DNA of 64,000 nucleotides, taken from positions 3,232,001 through 3,296,000 of the forward strand of contig CBDDIJ010000003.1 of assembly GCA_965228855.1 (NCBI GenBank), given 5' to 3'. This document shows positions 9,680-19,276 of this stretch, one piece after another. This DNA comes from Candidatus Obscuribacterales bacterium. Its GTDB lineage: Bacteria > Cyanobacteriota > Vampirovibrionia > Obscuribacterales > Obscuribacteraceae. The first letter of the stretch is position 1. Each line of letters begins with the position of its first letter. Made by a program: the position numbers and the translations under genes. The notes beneath the pieces are model-generated. The model was not told the origin of the DNA. It searched no databases and worked only from the letters and a program-made list of their open reading frames with translations.

Positions 9680-9835
9680 TTGCCTCATTACTCTTCAGTT
9701 GTCCTTGATGGCGGACTCGATCTGACACCCGGTATACTCCAACTTATGAAGGTACGGAAACGTTTGGCGGAGAATTTTGCGCGTGGCTGACGAATCTTTG
9801 ACCAGAATTTAATTCCCGTGTCCTATGCTTTCTAA

Positions 9836-11224
9836 ATGAACTCATCGAACGAAAACTCTTTTGCCATTCTGCTGATACCTTTTGTTAGCAGTCTATTCCT
9901 TTGTGGCAGTGCTCATGCTGATGTTCTTAAACTCGAGTACAAGATTGAAAAAACAATAGAAACGGAAGCGAATCACGGAAAAAAATCCACTGCCTTAACC
10001 TCAAAACACGATTCATCAAATCAAACATTTCTGCTTGATTCCAATGCATTTGCAATCTCAAAGAACGAAGACGAGATGCAATTCCAATTCGCAGACAGGC
10101 GTATTCGTTTTCTAGACCATAAAACGCGCACGTATCGCGATGTGTCCATATATCCGATACTAGTCAATCGCTTCGCCGCGATGCAACGCACTTACTTAAT
10201 CAGAAAAGAATTGACTGATCTCAAACAGGAATTTCAGTCAAACATCGATTCCTTTACGATGTCTTGCATAACAGGCCTGCCATTTCCAAAGGAGGAGAAC
10301 GTTGAACTTTCAAGCACCGAGAAAGACAAGACGGTTACGTTCAGACATAACGGTCGAGTAGTCACCACGGTCACATTCTCTGATACACCGATCGCAGATG
10401 CGTTTTGCATCAGTTACGGAAAAGCGCTCTTGTATGAGCTGGAACTCCACCCTCTGGTCAGAAAACAAATCCTCGAGCGAAAAGTGGTAATCAAGAGATT
10501 GTCATACGATGTGGAACTTCGAACTGCTGAAGACTTCAAGTCCCGTGAGAAGAGGAGCACAACAGTACAGTTGATCGGCACCGCTAATGATACTGGAAAA
10601 GTTCTAATACCTGACGGATACAAAAAAGCCTTCTCCGCAGATTCTCCACTCCACAAGCTTCAGGAGACAGTATTCCTGCCAGACCATCCAATCGAGTTGC
10701 CGTCGCAAGACAAGGTTGTTTCGGACGCACAGGAGTTGATCAAGAAGAAAGAAACTCTGGACGCATTTTTATGCTTGCTGGAGTTTGGAATTGAATCCAA
10801 TAATGCAACAGAACCTGTGAGAAGGATGATCAAAAAGTTGTCCCAAAACGAATCTCCTATCAGCAAGATGGGGAAGTTGCACGAAGCTAGGACCAATCAA
10901 GAAATCGCGGAAGCGCTCGAAGAATTCGATCAAATTAAGAAACAGGCACCACTCAAAGGTTACTTAATTGAGGTCTTCAAAGGTAATGTTGCTAGTCAAA
11001 GCGACATGAAAGCCGATGAGATGTTTCTGAATGCACTAAATCAGAATCCATTACTTACTGGAACCTATGTTGATCTCGCGGCATATTACAATTCACGAAA
11101 GCGTTTCGTCCTGGCTTGGGATTGCTACGATCTGGCGAGGCAAATTTGCCCGGACCACCCCACTCTAAATAGAGTTAGGTTTCTGGAGAAGAGTCTAGCG
11201 GACAGTTATCCGGAGTATTTTTGA
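9836..11224 (+). CDS. Exported hypothetical protein with C-terminal TPR
   Basis: Signal peptide ending AHA-D; C-terminal ALNQNPLLTGTYVDLAAYY..AWDCYDLARQICPDH TPR. Confidence 0.75.
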   Translation: MNSSNENSFAILLIPFVSSLFLCGSAHADVLKLEYKIEKTIETEANHGKKSTALTSKHDSSNQTFLLDSNAFAISKNEDEMQFQFADRRIRFLDHKTRTYRDVSIYPILVNRFAAMQRTYLIRKELTDLKQEFQSNIDSFTMSCITGLPFPKEENVELSSTEKDKTVTFRHNGRVVTTVTFSDTPIADAFCISYGKALLYELELHPLVRKQILERKVVIKRLSYDVELRTAEDFKSREKRSTTVQLIGTANDTGKVLIPDGYKKAFSADSPLHKLQETVFLPDHPIELPSQDKVVSDAQELIKKKETLDAFLCLLEFGIESNNATEPVRRMIKKLSQNESPISKMGKLHEARTNQEIAEALEEFDQIKKQAPLKGYLIEVFKGNVASQSDMKADEMFLNALNQNPLLTGTYVDLAAYYNSRKRFVLAWDCYDLARQICPDHPTLNRVRFLEKSLADSYPEYF

Positions 11225-11265
11225 GTTGGACCCTAGATTTGCTTGACTCGTGTGCTCAGAGTTTC
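11215..11265. repeat. Repeat C, copy 2
   Basis: Overlaps the stop codon of 9836..11224; matches 6098-6150. Confidence 0.9.
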
Positions 11266-11363
11266 AATCTACAGTAATTACCCTATTCAGAACTTCCGCA
11301 AATTTGAGCTATGCTCTGGTGACAGGCTGGCTAAGATGTCTTTCGATTACCACGCGGGACTAA

Positions 11364-12170
11364 ATGAGTTCATACAAAAACTGTTTTTTGCGGCACGCTT
11401 TTGTCCTACTCATAGCGGCGTCATCATGCCTGGCTTACGCGCAGATACCACCTGCGGTAGCAGAAACGGCGCTCCAACCACGAGCTGCCCAAACTAATGA
11501 ATCGCACATTGTATTTACCTATACTCCGAAGGATTGCTGTTCCTGTCAGATTACACCTGATATATGCGGTGGAGGCTTCTACACGCGTAACACTGAGAAC
11601 CGAATAATGCGTTGCTGGTTCCCGCCGTCGGTTAGGTCCTCTCATCCTGTAAAGGTCCGATTTAGAATTCATAGGAATGGCAGATTGAGCAAATTACGGC
11701 TTTGTAAGTCTGCGACTTCTGAAGAGAATGCGGCTGCGTTGGACGCGGTCAAATCCGCGGCTCCGTTCTTTAAACTTCCCGAAGAAGCGCCCAAGTTTGT
11801 TGATATAGAGTTTGCTTTTTCTAAACCTCCAATGAATGGACGGCAAGACGGAAGCCATGGGAAGCCTGAGCTGTTTACCATCGCACCGTATTTGCTAATC
11901 CTTCAAGACAAGATAGGTGACTCGTGGACAAAGCCTTCTTCCGGATTGGTCACTCTGAAATTTTTGGTTCACGAGGATGGTGCACTTACCGACAGCCAGA
12001 TTATCGAATCCAGCGATACACCCCATGCCGAAAAGCTTGCACTTGCTGCAGTGGAAAAAGCATCGCCCTTGGATTTGCCGCCAGGCTTACCAGACAACTT
12101 GTGGGTGCAAGTAACATTTGATCCTGATATCGGAATGGCAACGATTAGTGAGGTGTTTGTACAACGCTGA
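11364..12170 (+). CDS. Protein with two TonB C-terminal domains
   Basis: Signal peptide; two repeats of W.P..V.V.F.IH.(N/D)G.L....S....AAL.AV..A.P.LP. Confidence 0.85.
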   Translation: MSSYKNCFLRHAFVLLIAASSCLAYAQIPPAVAETALQPRAAQTNESHIVFTYTPKDCCSCQITPDICGGGFYTRNTENRIMRCWFPPSVRSSHPVKVRFRIHRNGRLSKLRLCKSATSEENAAALDAVKSAAPFFKLPEEAPKFVDIEFAFSKPPMNGRQDGSHGKPELFTIAPYLLILQDKIGDSWTKPSSGLVTLKFLVHEDGALTDSQIIESSDTPHAEKLALAAVEKASPLDLPPGLPDNLWVQVTFDPDIGMATISEVFVQR

Positions 12171-12435
12171 CGTTAACATTCAGAACTCGACGCTCGCTCG
12201 TCTTCCATAAAGTCTTTAGCGTCCTCAGTTCTACCGAATTGTGCAAGTATCTGATTGAATGACCAGACCTCATCTCTTCAGGTGTAAAAATGTGAACCAA
12301 ACCGAGGCATCGGCCACTCCTGCACTTAACATCGAACAAGCACGATACGGTTTAAATGTAGCCTCTCCTCCACCAATCAAATAATTAACTGTTTGCAGCG
12401 TCAGTCTTTCATCCACCCGGGCGACTATATTAGTC

Positions 12436-13872
12436 GTGCCGCACGACAGCAGTGGAACATTCTTGAGCACATCACTCTCTGACAAACAACAAAAACTGGT
12501 CGCTGGCGAGATTCGCAAGTGGATGGACGCAGGCATCGTCAACGGTTTCACGGGCGAAATGCTACTCGCTCGTTATCCCGGAAACCCGAATAAAGCAAGC
12601 GTCAGCGAGATACTAACGCTGATCGGCTCGGTATTAGTCGGTTTAGGAACGATTCTATTTATTGCAGCAAATTGGAGTGCAATCACAATTGGTGTCAAGC
12701 TAATCATCATTATTTCGGCGATAACCCTGACGCATATTGGCGGGTGGAAGCTTCGATTCGAGCCCGGCAAACACCCGCGACTCGGCGCCGGTCTACTGGT
12801 GCTTGGTTCTCTGTTCTACGGAGCTGCCATCTGGCTTATCGCTCAGATATTCAACATCGAAGGCAACTTCGCGGATGGCGTGTTGCTTTGGGCGATTGGA
12901 ACCAGCGCTGTCGCGCTGGCGACTGGAATTATGCCACTCGGCTGTATGTCTGTTATTCTGCTGCACTGGTGGTGCGTAACCTCGAGAGAATTGTGGGAGT
13001 TCAACAGACCTCGCTCTGACCTCGGGTTGCTGCCAAATCTTCTTGCTATCTCGATCTTCGCAGTGTTCATGTCAGTGCGTATGCAGAGTCGAGCAATGGC
13101 TTGGGTGTCGCTGGTGGCGGGTACGATTACAATTTTGACCGAGATGTATTACGCAGGACAGACGCTGCTCCTCCTGTGGGGTCTTCTGGTCTCAGCCGGT
13201 TATCTCTGGACCAGAGAACGTGTGCAGCGGCTGACGATGCCTTTCCTCATCACCGGCGCCGTGTCTATCTTGATGGGGTTGCTTTTTACGACTTTCGGCT
13301 ACGTGAATTATCGTCAGTATCCAATCAATCAGATAGAAGTGATGCTGGCTGCTACACTTGCCGCACTGGGAGTGGTGGCATGGAAGTTTCCAAAATATAG
13401 ATTAGAAGCTGCCTCTTGTATCATTTTCGGCATCGCGACTTGCTTGCTACACGGGACCCAAGAAGGCTCATCGAGACTCGCTTCCAACGTTTTGCTGTTG
13501 CTCGCGATTGCTGGATTCGCGTACGTGGGAATGACGCGACTGCGCTCTGCTGCGATAGTCAACATCGCAATCGTGTTTTTCGTCTTCGACGTCATTGCAC
13601 GCTACTTCGATATGTTTTATTCGACAATGAACCGCTCTATGTTCTTCGTAGGCGGCGGCGTGCTGCTAATGCTGGCGGGAACATTAGCAGAACACGGTCG
13701 ACGCAAACTCGTTGAGAACATTGACGTGAACAACTTCAATTCGAGGCCGACGCCCAACTCATCTAACGATGCGGAAGTGTACATCGACGCGGGTGAATGC
13801 GAAGAGAGTGAACCACAAGCACGTGAACAGCAGGAGGAAATTAATTGGACGGAGGACAGCGATGACAACTGA
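12436..13872 (+). CDS. DUF2157-family multi-pass membrane protein
   Basis: GSVLVGLGTILFIAANW and GAAIWLIAQIFNI motifs; many TM helices. Confidence 0.85.
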   Translation: MPHDSSGTFLSTSLSDKQQKLVAGEIRKWMDAGIVNGFTGEMLLARYPGNPNKASVSEILTLIGSVLVGLGTILFIAANWSAITIGVKLIIIISAITLTHIGGWKLRFEPGKHPRLGAGLLVLGSLFYGAAIWLIAQIFNIEGNFADGVLLWAIGTSAVALATGIMPLGCMSVILLHWWCVTSRELWEFNRPRSDLGLLPNLLAISIFAVFMSVRMQSRAMAWVSLVAGTITILTEMYYAGQTLLLLWGLLVSAGYLWTRERVQRLTMPFLITGAVSILMGLLFTTFGYVNYRQYPINQIEVMLAATLAALGVVAWKFPKYRLEAASCIIFGIATCLLHGTQEGSSRLASNVLLLLAIAGFAYVGMTRLRSAAIVNIAIVFFVFDVIARYFDMFYSTMNRSMFFVGGGVLLMLAGTLAEHGRRKLVENIDVNNFNSRPTPNSSNDAEVYIDAGECEESEPQAREQQEEINWTEDSDDN

Positions 13873-14404
13873 TCAAAAACGAATCGCGTTTATTGCCTCG
13901 GTCATTCTGCAATTCGTGATTCTGACAATCATCGCAATGCCACGCGCCTTCACGCTCAGAGACGGACGCGTCATCACGATCCAGACAGAGCCCTGGGATC
14001 CATGGGATATGTTTCGCGGCGACTACGTGCAACTGCGCTTCGGTTTCACTCAAATAGACGCACGACTGTGCACCGAAATTCTCCAGCGAAACGATACCGC
14101 TTTCGTACTGCTCAAAAGAGATACCGCGAACGATATGAATTGGATACCAAAATCAATCTCAAAAAAAACTCCTACTTGCGCGGCCGATGAAATCACGCTG
14201 AGCGCGCGTGTCGAGTACACTTCAACGGAAACAGTAAACCTGAGCTACGGCATAGAACGAGTGTTCATCCCGGAAGGCACAGGGAAGGAAGTCAAACCGA
14301 CCGACAAAATGGAACTCGATGTCGCTGTCGACAGAGACGGTCACGCAGTCAGCAAAGAGCTTCGATGGAAAAACAGGAAACTATTTGAATGGCGGTGGTT
14401 TTAG
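13862..14404 (+). CDS. GDYXXLXY-domain protein
   Basis: PWDPWDMFRGDYVQLRF motif and YGIERVFIPEGTG. The true start is the ATG at 13862 with GGAGG RBS. It is the usual partner of DUF2157. Confidence 0.9.
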   Translation: MTTDQKRIAFIASVILQFVILTIIAMPRAFTLRDGRVITIQTEPWDPWDMFRGDYVQLRFGFTQIDARLCTEILQRNDTAFVLLKRDTANDMNWIPKSISKKTPTCAADEITLSARVEYTSTETVNLSYGIERVFIPEGTGKEVKPTDKMELDVAVDRDGHAVSKELRWKNRKLFEWRWF

Positions 14405-14508
14405 GCGTCGTTTTACAATCGCGACTCAAGCACACGATAGTGCGCCTTTGAATATTCCTGGGCAAAACCGGGCATAATCGAAGTTGGAGAGTTTATCGGG
14501 GTCCATTT

Positions 14509-15567
14509 ATGGGCGATGTCGTTAAAGATTCTAGCGAGAAGGCGACCGAAGCTTCCGCGGTGAAAGCGCCGGAGGCGCCGACTGATCTCCGGGGAACTCA
14601 TCATTCTTCATGGTTTCCGTCTGGCGAGCCCGAGAAGAGCAAGCAAGATTCTGCTAATTTAGCCAATAAAGGCACGATTCCGGAGTTGTCGATTGAGCAG
14701 TCGGAGAGCACCAACACCGCTCATAGCTTCCGAGGCTGGATCGCCGACTCTCTAGCGTCGCCGGAAGACAAAAAGGTATTCCAAGATTACAACAAATTAG
14801 CTGCCGAACTTGGAAGTGCGCCTCTTACCGACACGCAAAAATTGCAAATTGAGAATCTGCCGCCCGATCAGAAGGAAATGTACCGGGGCACTCTAAACGA
14901 CCTTATAAACCTCAAAAATGGCAAAATCAGTCCAGCCGACTACATGATGAATACGCTCTCTCGCGCTGCAGATTTGGCTGAAGCGAATGGTCGATCTCCA
15001 GACAGTTGGAACTATTTGAAACCAAGCCAGGGTGAACTTTTCAAAAACTATATCGGTTTGACCATGTCTGAAAAACCGCTCGGAATCGCCAGAGACACCG
15101 GGCGCGAACTTGTTGGTGGCGGGCCTAATATCGCCGGCTCGGCCCTTGAGACCATGTATCAATCGATAATTGGGAAAAATCATTCTGCTGGCGAAGGTTT
15201 TAACACCAACATTACCGATACCACTGATCCAAATAATTCGATCACTCACCACTTCCGTGAGTTTTTGCTTGTCGGTTATAACCGTGGAAAGTATGTGGCT
15301 GACAAAGCTGCGGCGTACATTGACAGCCCTGCTGAGAATCCCGGCGACGTGCGCGATGGTTACTTCGCAGGAATGCTTGGCGCGGCGCTCAGCTCAGGTG
15401 ATATCTCTCCCAGACAAGCCGCCGATTTGACGAAATGGGCGTACACCAAACATGGTGGCACACAGCCACCATGGGGTGCAGAAAATATTGCCGGGAAATT
15501 CTTGGATCCGGACAAACACTACAACATCAAAGACTGGTTAAAAGCTTATCGCGAGCGCCAGGATTGA
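14509..15567 (+). CDS. Hypothetical protein, possible effector or toxin
   Basis: Low-complexity N-terminus without signal peptide; C-terminal THHFREF..NPGDVRDG..GMLG. Confidence 0.7.
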   Translation: MGDVVKDSSEKATEASAVKAPEAPTDLRGTHHSSWFPSGEPEKSKQDSANLANKGTIPELSIEQSESTNTAHSFRGWIADSLASPEDKKVFQDYNKLAAELGSAPLTDTQKLQIENLPPDQKEMYRGTLNDLINLKNGKISPADYMMNTLSRAADLAEANGRSPDSWNYLKPSQGELFKNYIGLTMSEKPLGIARDTGRELVGGGPNIAGSALETMYQSIIGKNHSAGEGFNTNITDTTDPNNSITHHFREFLLVGYNRGKYVADKAAAYIDSPAENPGDVRDGYFAGMLGAALSSGDISPRQAADLTKWAYTKHGGTQPPWGAENIAGKFLDPDKHYNIKDWLKAYRERQD

Positions 15568-16292
15568 GACTCACTGCGTCCGGCGAAGATTTTTACCAAA
15601 CACAATCCTGCGATAAATCCGCCCAGGTGAGCCGCATATGCAACGCCGGCGCCATCGGGTGAGCCGCCAAGAATACCTGAACTTTCTGCCGCTTGGAAAA
15701 CGATCCAGAGACCGAGACAAACATATGCTGGAACGTCCATAATTTGACGCAAAAATAAAACAGTAACCTGTCTATGCGGAAACAATAAAATGTATCCGCC
15801 AAGCACTCCGGAAATAGCTCCTGATGCGCCTAGAGACGGAATCAGTGCATTAGTGCCTGATGCTCCGGTACAAACCACGTGTGATAATCCGGCGATCGTT
15901 CCGCAAATAAGATAGAAGAGTAAGTACTTCAAGTGTCCCATTCGATCTTCGAGATTGTCTCCGAAGATCCAGAGATAGAGCATGTTTCCAGAGATATGTG
16001 CAAAACCTCCATGCATAAACATCGAGGTGAATAACGTTAGATAAACAGACACCGGTGTCTGTCCGAGTTGGAGAGTGGTGGTATTTCCATTGCCGTCAGA
16101 AATCGGAACGGATCCAATTACATCCTGACCGGTCAAGATTTCTCGAGGAACCGTCGAAAACGAATTGGTAAAAGCTTCGTTGGCTCCGAGTCCCTGAAAG
16201 ACAACAAATACAAAGACATTTGCCGCAATGATTATGTAATTTACCCATGGCTCGGACTTGCTGTCGGAATTGTCATCTCGCAGTGGCAACAT
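15546..16292 (-). CDS. Rhomboid-family intramembrane serine protease
   Basis: FMHGGFAHISGNMLYLWIFG, GASGAISG (catalytic Ser) and AHLGG (catalytic His). Confidence 0.95.
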   Translation of the reverse strand: MLPLRDDNSDSKSEPWVNYIIIAANVFVFVVFQGLGANEAFTNSFSTVPREILTGQDVIGSVPISDGNGNTTTLQLGQTPVSVYLTLFTSMFMHGGFAHISGNMLYLWIFGDNLEDRMGHLKYLLFYLICGTIAGLSHVVCTGASGTNALIPSLGASGAISGVLGGYILLFPHRQVTVLFLRQIMDVPAYVCLGLWIVFQAAESSGILGGSPDGAGVAYAAHLGGFIAGLCLVKIFAGRSESQSWRSR

Positions 16293-16383
16293 TTTTTTGA
16301 CCAGTCCTTATTTGTCGACAGCTTATTTTATCAAGTGGGTGGGAAAGACTACCATCGTTTAGTCCAGGAGATGTGACTATTGC

Positions 16384-18630
16384 TCAAGGTGCAGGCGTTC
16401 TATATACTTTTTTGAGCAACTTATCGAGTTCTTGATTTGCATTCTTTTCCATGTCCTCAAGATTCCTCCAGGTCTTTGGATTATGCCAAACTTTTAAACA
16501 GCTCGGCTCCATCATACAATCTCGAAGTTGGGGGTCCTTCAAGCAGGCTAGGATGAGCGGGTCTTTGATGTCATCAAAACTTGTTTTGGTATTGAAGCAA
16601 TCCTTCCGCATAAAGAATTTTCGAAATTTCGGATCATGCATGTCTTTGAGATACCTTTTGAGGACTTGAGGCAGCAGCTTTTCCCTCTCACTTGCGAGTT
16701 CCGCCTTATGGTACGCAGAAGTTTTGACAAAGCATGTTGGTTTCTCTTTGGCAATTTTCGCAAGGTCTTGATCGGAAACATTCGGACAGCCTGCCGCCGA
16801 CAAAATAGTCAGCGTTGGAATTTTGATAATTTTTTCGATGCCGTCAATCGTCAAACCTGGGCATTCATCAACGCTCAATTCCTTTAAGCTAGGCAACTTA
16901 CAAAGCGCATCCAAACCACTGTCCGTCACACGAGTCTTTCCGATGCTCAGTGATTCGAGATTTCGCAATCGCGACAAATGCTTGATACCATCGTCTGTTA
17001 TTAACGTTGAAGAAAGCTTTAGCGCTCGAAGTTGTGTAAGCTTACCTACAACTGAAGCGCATTCAGCATCTCCTATAACTGTGTTGCTGAGGTCGAGGTC
17101 ATTCAGCATTTTTATCTTTAGCAAATGGGACAAATGCTTACCAGTTGCCCTACTGCCGGCCAGGCTCAGCTGCGTCTGCGTTGAGCCAGCGAATTGCGCC
17201 ACCACGTGCATGTCGTCATCTTCAAAGTCCGGTTGGGCTTCGAGCCGGCCATTTGCGGCAAACATTCTGGAGGACAGGACAGGAATAGCTTCATTAGCGC
17301 GGTCATACAGTCGAGTCTTACTGGGAAGTGATTGCTCGCTGAGGCGTCCTTCGAGAGCGTTCCAGAAAACCATTGTCGCTGCACAGACAACAAAGACGGC
17401 AAGAATTCCTAACAATGCAGGCACCAGGATCGATGGTCCACGTATCTCCTCAGGAATCGACGTCGGTTCAGCAGACTGTGCATCCGCGGCTATCGACAAC
17501 AGATCAAGGCGGACCTCGCGCATCGACGAATAACGATCATCAGGATTCTTCTCCATGCATTTCGAAATTACGGATTGAAACTGTTCTGGAATTTCGCTTG
17601 AAACAAGGTCAGACAAAAGAGGTGGTTCATCATGAGCATGCATCGACAAAAGCTCTAGAGCGGTTCCACCTGCGAATGGTGCGACACCTGTGAGCGTTTC
17701 GAAAAGCACGCATCCCAGAGAATAGATTTCGGAGCGAGCATCGAATTCACGTCCAAGAGCCTGATCCGGTGCCATATACGATGGAGTTCCCACGATCGTC
17801 ACGTGCTGATCTTCAGAGCCTACGGATTGAATTTCTGCAACGCCAAAATCAAAAAGTTTGACCGTCGATTGATCTCCAGTGGTGATCATCAAAATATTCG
17901 ACGGCTTTAAATCACGATGGAACACTCCTCGACTGTGACAGTACTCCAACGCCGCACATAGACTGGCGAACATAAATGCGGCTGTTTTCCAATCCAACGG
18001 TCCCTCGTCTTGAAGATGAGCATCTAGACTCCTTCCGTCGCTGTACTCTAGCACCATATATGGTGACCCACCAGTAGTGGCACCGAAGTCTAAAATTTGA
18101 ACAATATTGGGATGGTCCAATTTGCTGAGAACCCTTGCCTCATTTTGGAACAACACCAGCTGCTCGCGAGTCTGGACGTGCAAAGTTTTTACCGTCACTC
18201 GTTTTCTGAGTAATCGATCTCGACAGAGATAAACAGTTCCAGCAGAACCGCGACCCACAACTCTCAGAGGACTGTAGCGGTCGAGTGGGAACCTGTTTGG
18301 ATCGACGTCTAGTTCGCTCTCCTCTACCGCGTTGTTTACATCAACAGCGGCGACGACAGACTGAGAATCATTGAACTCAGGTTTCTTAAACCCCTGCGGA
18401 ATATCGCAAGAGCAAAGATCGTAGCGAAAAATGAATTGCGTAAACGAACCAAGCCGACCTTCCCGAATTCGCTTTCCGCATTTGATGCAAAAGTCTACAG
18501 TTTGCTGCTTCTCATCAACCGGTCGTTGTAATTGACATGCGCAGGTCGAGAGCCACTGAGTCATCCGCCCCGATCCCGTCGACCTGACCGGTAGATGACA
18601 GTTTGGGCACGTAGCGGATTGATCGTTCAT
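16384..18630 (-). CDS. Ser/Thr protein kinase with Cys-rich N-terminus, TM helix and C-terminal leucine-rich repeats
   Basis: GRGSAGTVY, HRDLKPSN, DFG, GTPSYMAPD; TM ILVPALLGILAVFVVC; LRRs of the L.L.LS.T.ITD.G type. Confidence 0.93.
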   Translation of the reverse strand: MNDQSATCPNCHLPVRSTGSGRMTQWLSTCACQLQRPVDEKQQTVDFCIKCGKRIREGRLGSFTQFIFRYDLCSCDIPQGFKKPEFNDSQSVVAAVDVNNAVEESELDVDPNRFPLDRYSPLRVVGRGSAGTVYLCRDRLLRKRVTVKTLHVQTREQLVLFQNEARVLSKLDHPNIVQILDFGATTGGSPYMVLEYSDGRSLDAHLQDEGPLDWKTAAFMFASLCAALEYCHSRGVFHRDLKPSNILMITTGDQSTVKLFDFGVAEIQSVGSEDQHVTIVGTPSYMAPDQALGREFDARSEIYSLGCVLFETLTGVAPFAGGTALELLSMHAHDEPPLLSDLVSSEIPEQFQSVISKCMEKNPDDRYSSMREVRLDLLSIAADAQSAEPTSIPEEIRGPSILVPALLGILAVFVVCAATMVFWNALEGRLSEQSLPSKTRLYDRANEAIPVLSSRMFAANGRLEAQPDFEDDDMHVVAQFAGSTQTQLSLAGSRATGKHLSHLLKIKMLNDLDLSNTVIGDAECASVVGKLTQLRALKLSSTLITDDGIKHLSRLRNLESLSIGKTRVTDSGLDALCKLPSLKELSVDECPGLTIDGIEKIIKIPTLTILSAAGCPNVSDQDLAKIAKEKPTCFVKTSAYHKAELASEREKLLPQVLKRYLKDMHDPKFRKFFMRKDCFNTKTSFDDIKDPLILACLKDPQLRDCMMEPSCLKVWHNPKTWRNLEDMEKNANQELDKLLKKVYRTPAP

Positions 18631-18699
18631 TCAGTTCGCAAACCACTGTTGCCTTTGGGTTGATTCGTTATCGAGGCTGAGTGCGCCGATTAATTCAAA

Positions 18700-19188
18700 C
18701 TATTTCACTCTAAGCAACTCCACCTCGAAGACAAGCGTTGCATTGGGAGGGATTGAATTGCCGGCGCCTGTTTGACCGTAACCCAATTGGGGTGGGATCG
18801 TCAGGCGGCGTTTTCCGCCAATGTTCATGCCCTTAACACCTTCATCCCAGCCTTTTATGACCTGTCCGGTACCAAGGACGAATTCAAACGGCTCACCTCG
18901 ATCGAGAGAGCTGTCGAATTTTTTGCCGTCCGTGAGCCAGCCGGTATAGTGAACGACCACGGTCTGCCCCGCACGCGGCCGCGGTCCCTTGCCTTTGCTC
19001 AGATCGCGGAATTTCAATCCAGTACTCGAAGTGTAAAATCCTTCGGCGTCTGGACCCAGGGGATATACCTGCTGCGTCGTGTTTTTGGTTCCTTGCTTGA
19101 GTGGCCAAGCTGAAACGGATGAGTTCGTCGTCATGAGTGAACAAACGACAAGACCGGCTGAAAGAAAAACAAAATACAATAGTTTCAT
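18700..19188 (-). CDS. FKBP-type peptidyl-prolyl cis-trans isomerase, exported
   Basis: [47 protein letters not shown]; signal peptide. Confidence 0.97.
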   Translation of the reverse strand: MKLLYFVFLSAGLVVCSLMTTNSSVSAWPLKQGTKNTTQQVYPLGPDAEGFYTSSTGLKFRDLSKGKGPRPRAGQTVVVHYTGWLTDGKKFDSSLDRGEPFEFVLGTGQVIKGWDEGVKGMNIGGKRRLTIPPQLGYGQTGAGNSIPPNATLVFEVELLRVK

Positions 19189-19276
19189 GTTGCTCGACTC
19201 GCTCCAGGTTCAACTGGTGACATTATACTTGCTGTCGCGAAAAAGGCTTTCTTATCCTCGATTTTGATGAGCTAGA

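Noticed and set aside
2935..11265. Classical integron attC sites or IS ends
   Set aside because: The repeats lack the RYYYAAC...GTTRRRY paired structure and terminal inverted repeats, and no integrase or transposase is in the window.
13769..13861. N-terminal extension of the GDYXXLXY ORF
   Set aside because: It overlaps the DUF2157 gene, and the ATG at 13862 has a strong GGAGG RBS.
18052..18065. Third CACCATATATGGTG palindrome
   Set aside because: It lies inside the kinase CDS, encoding the conserved PYMV motif, so it is probably coincidental.
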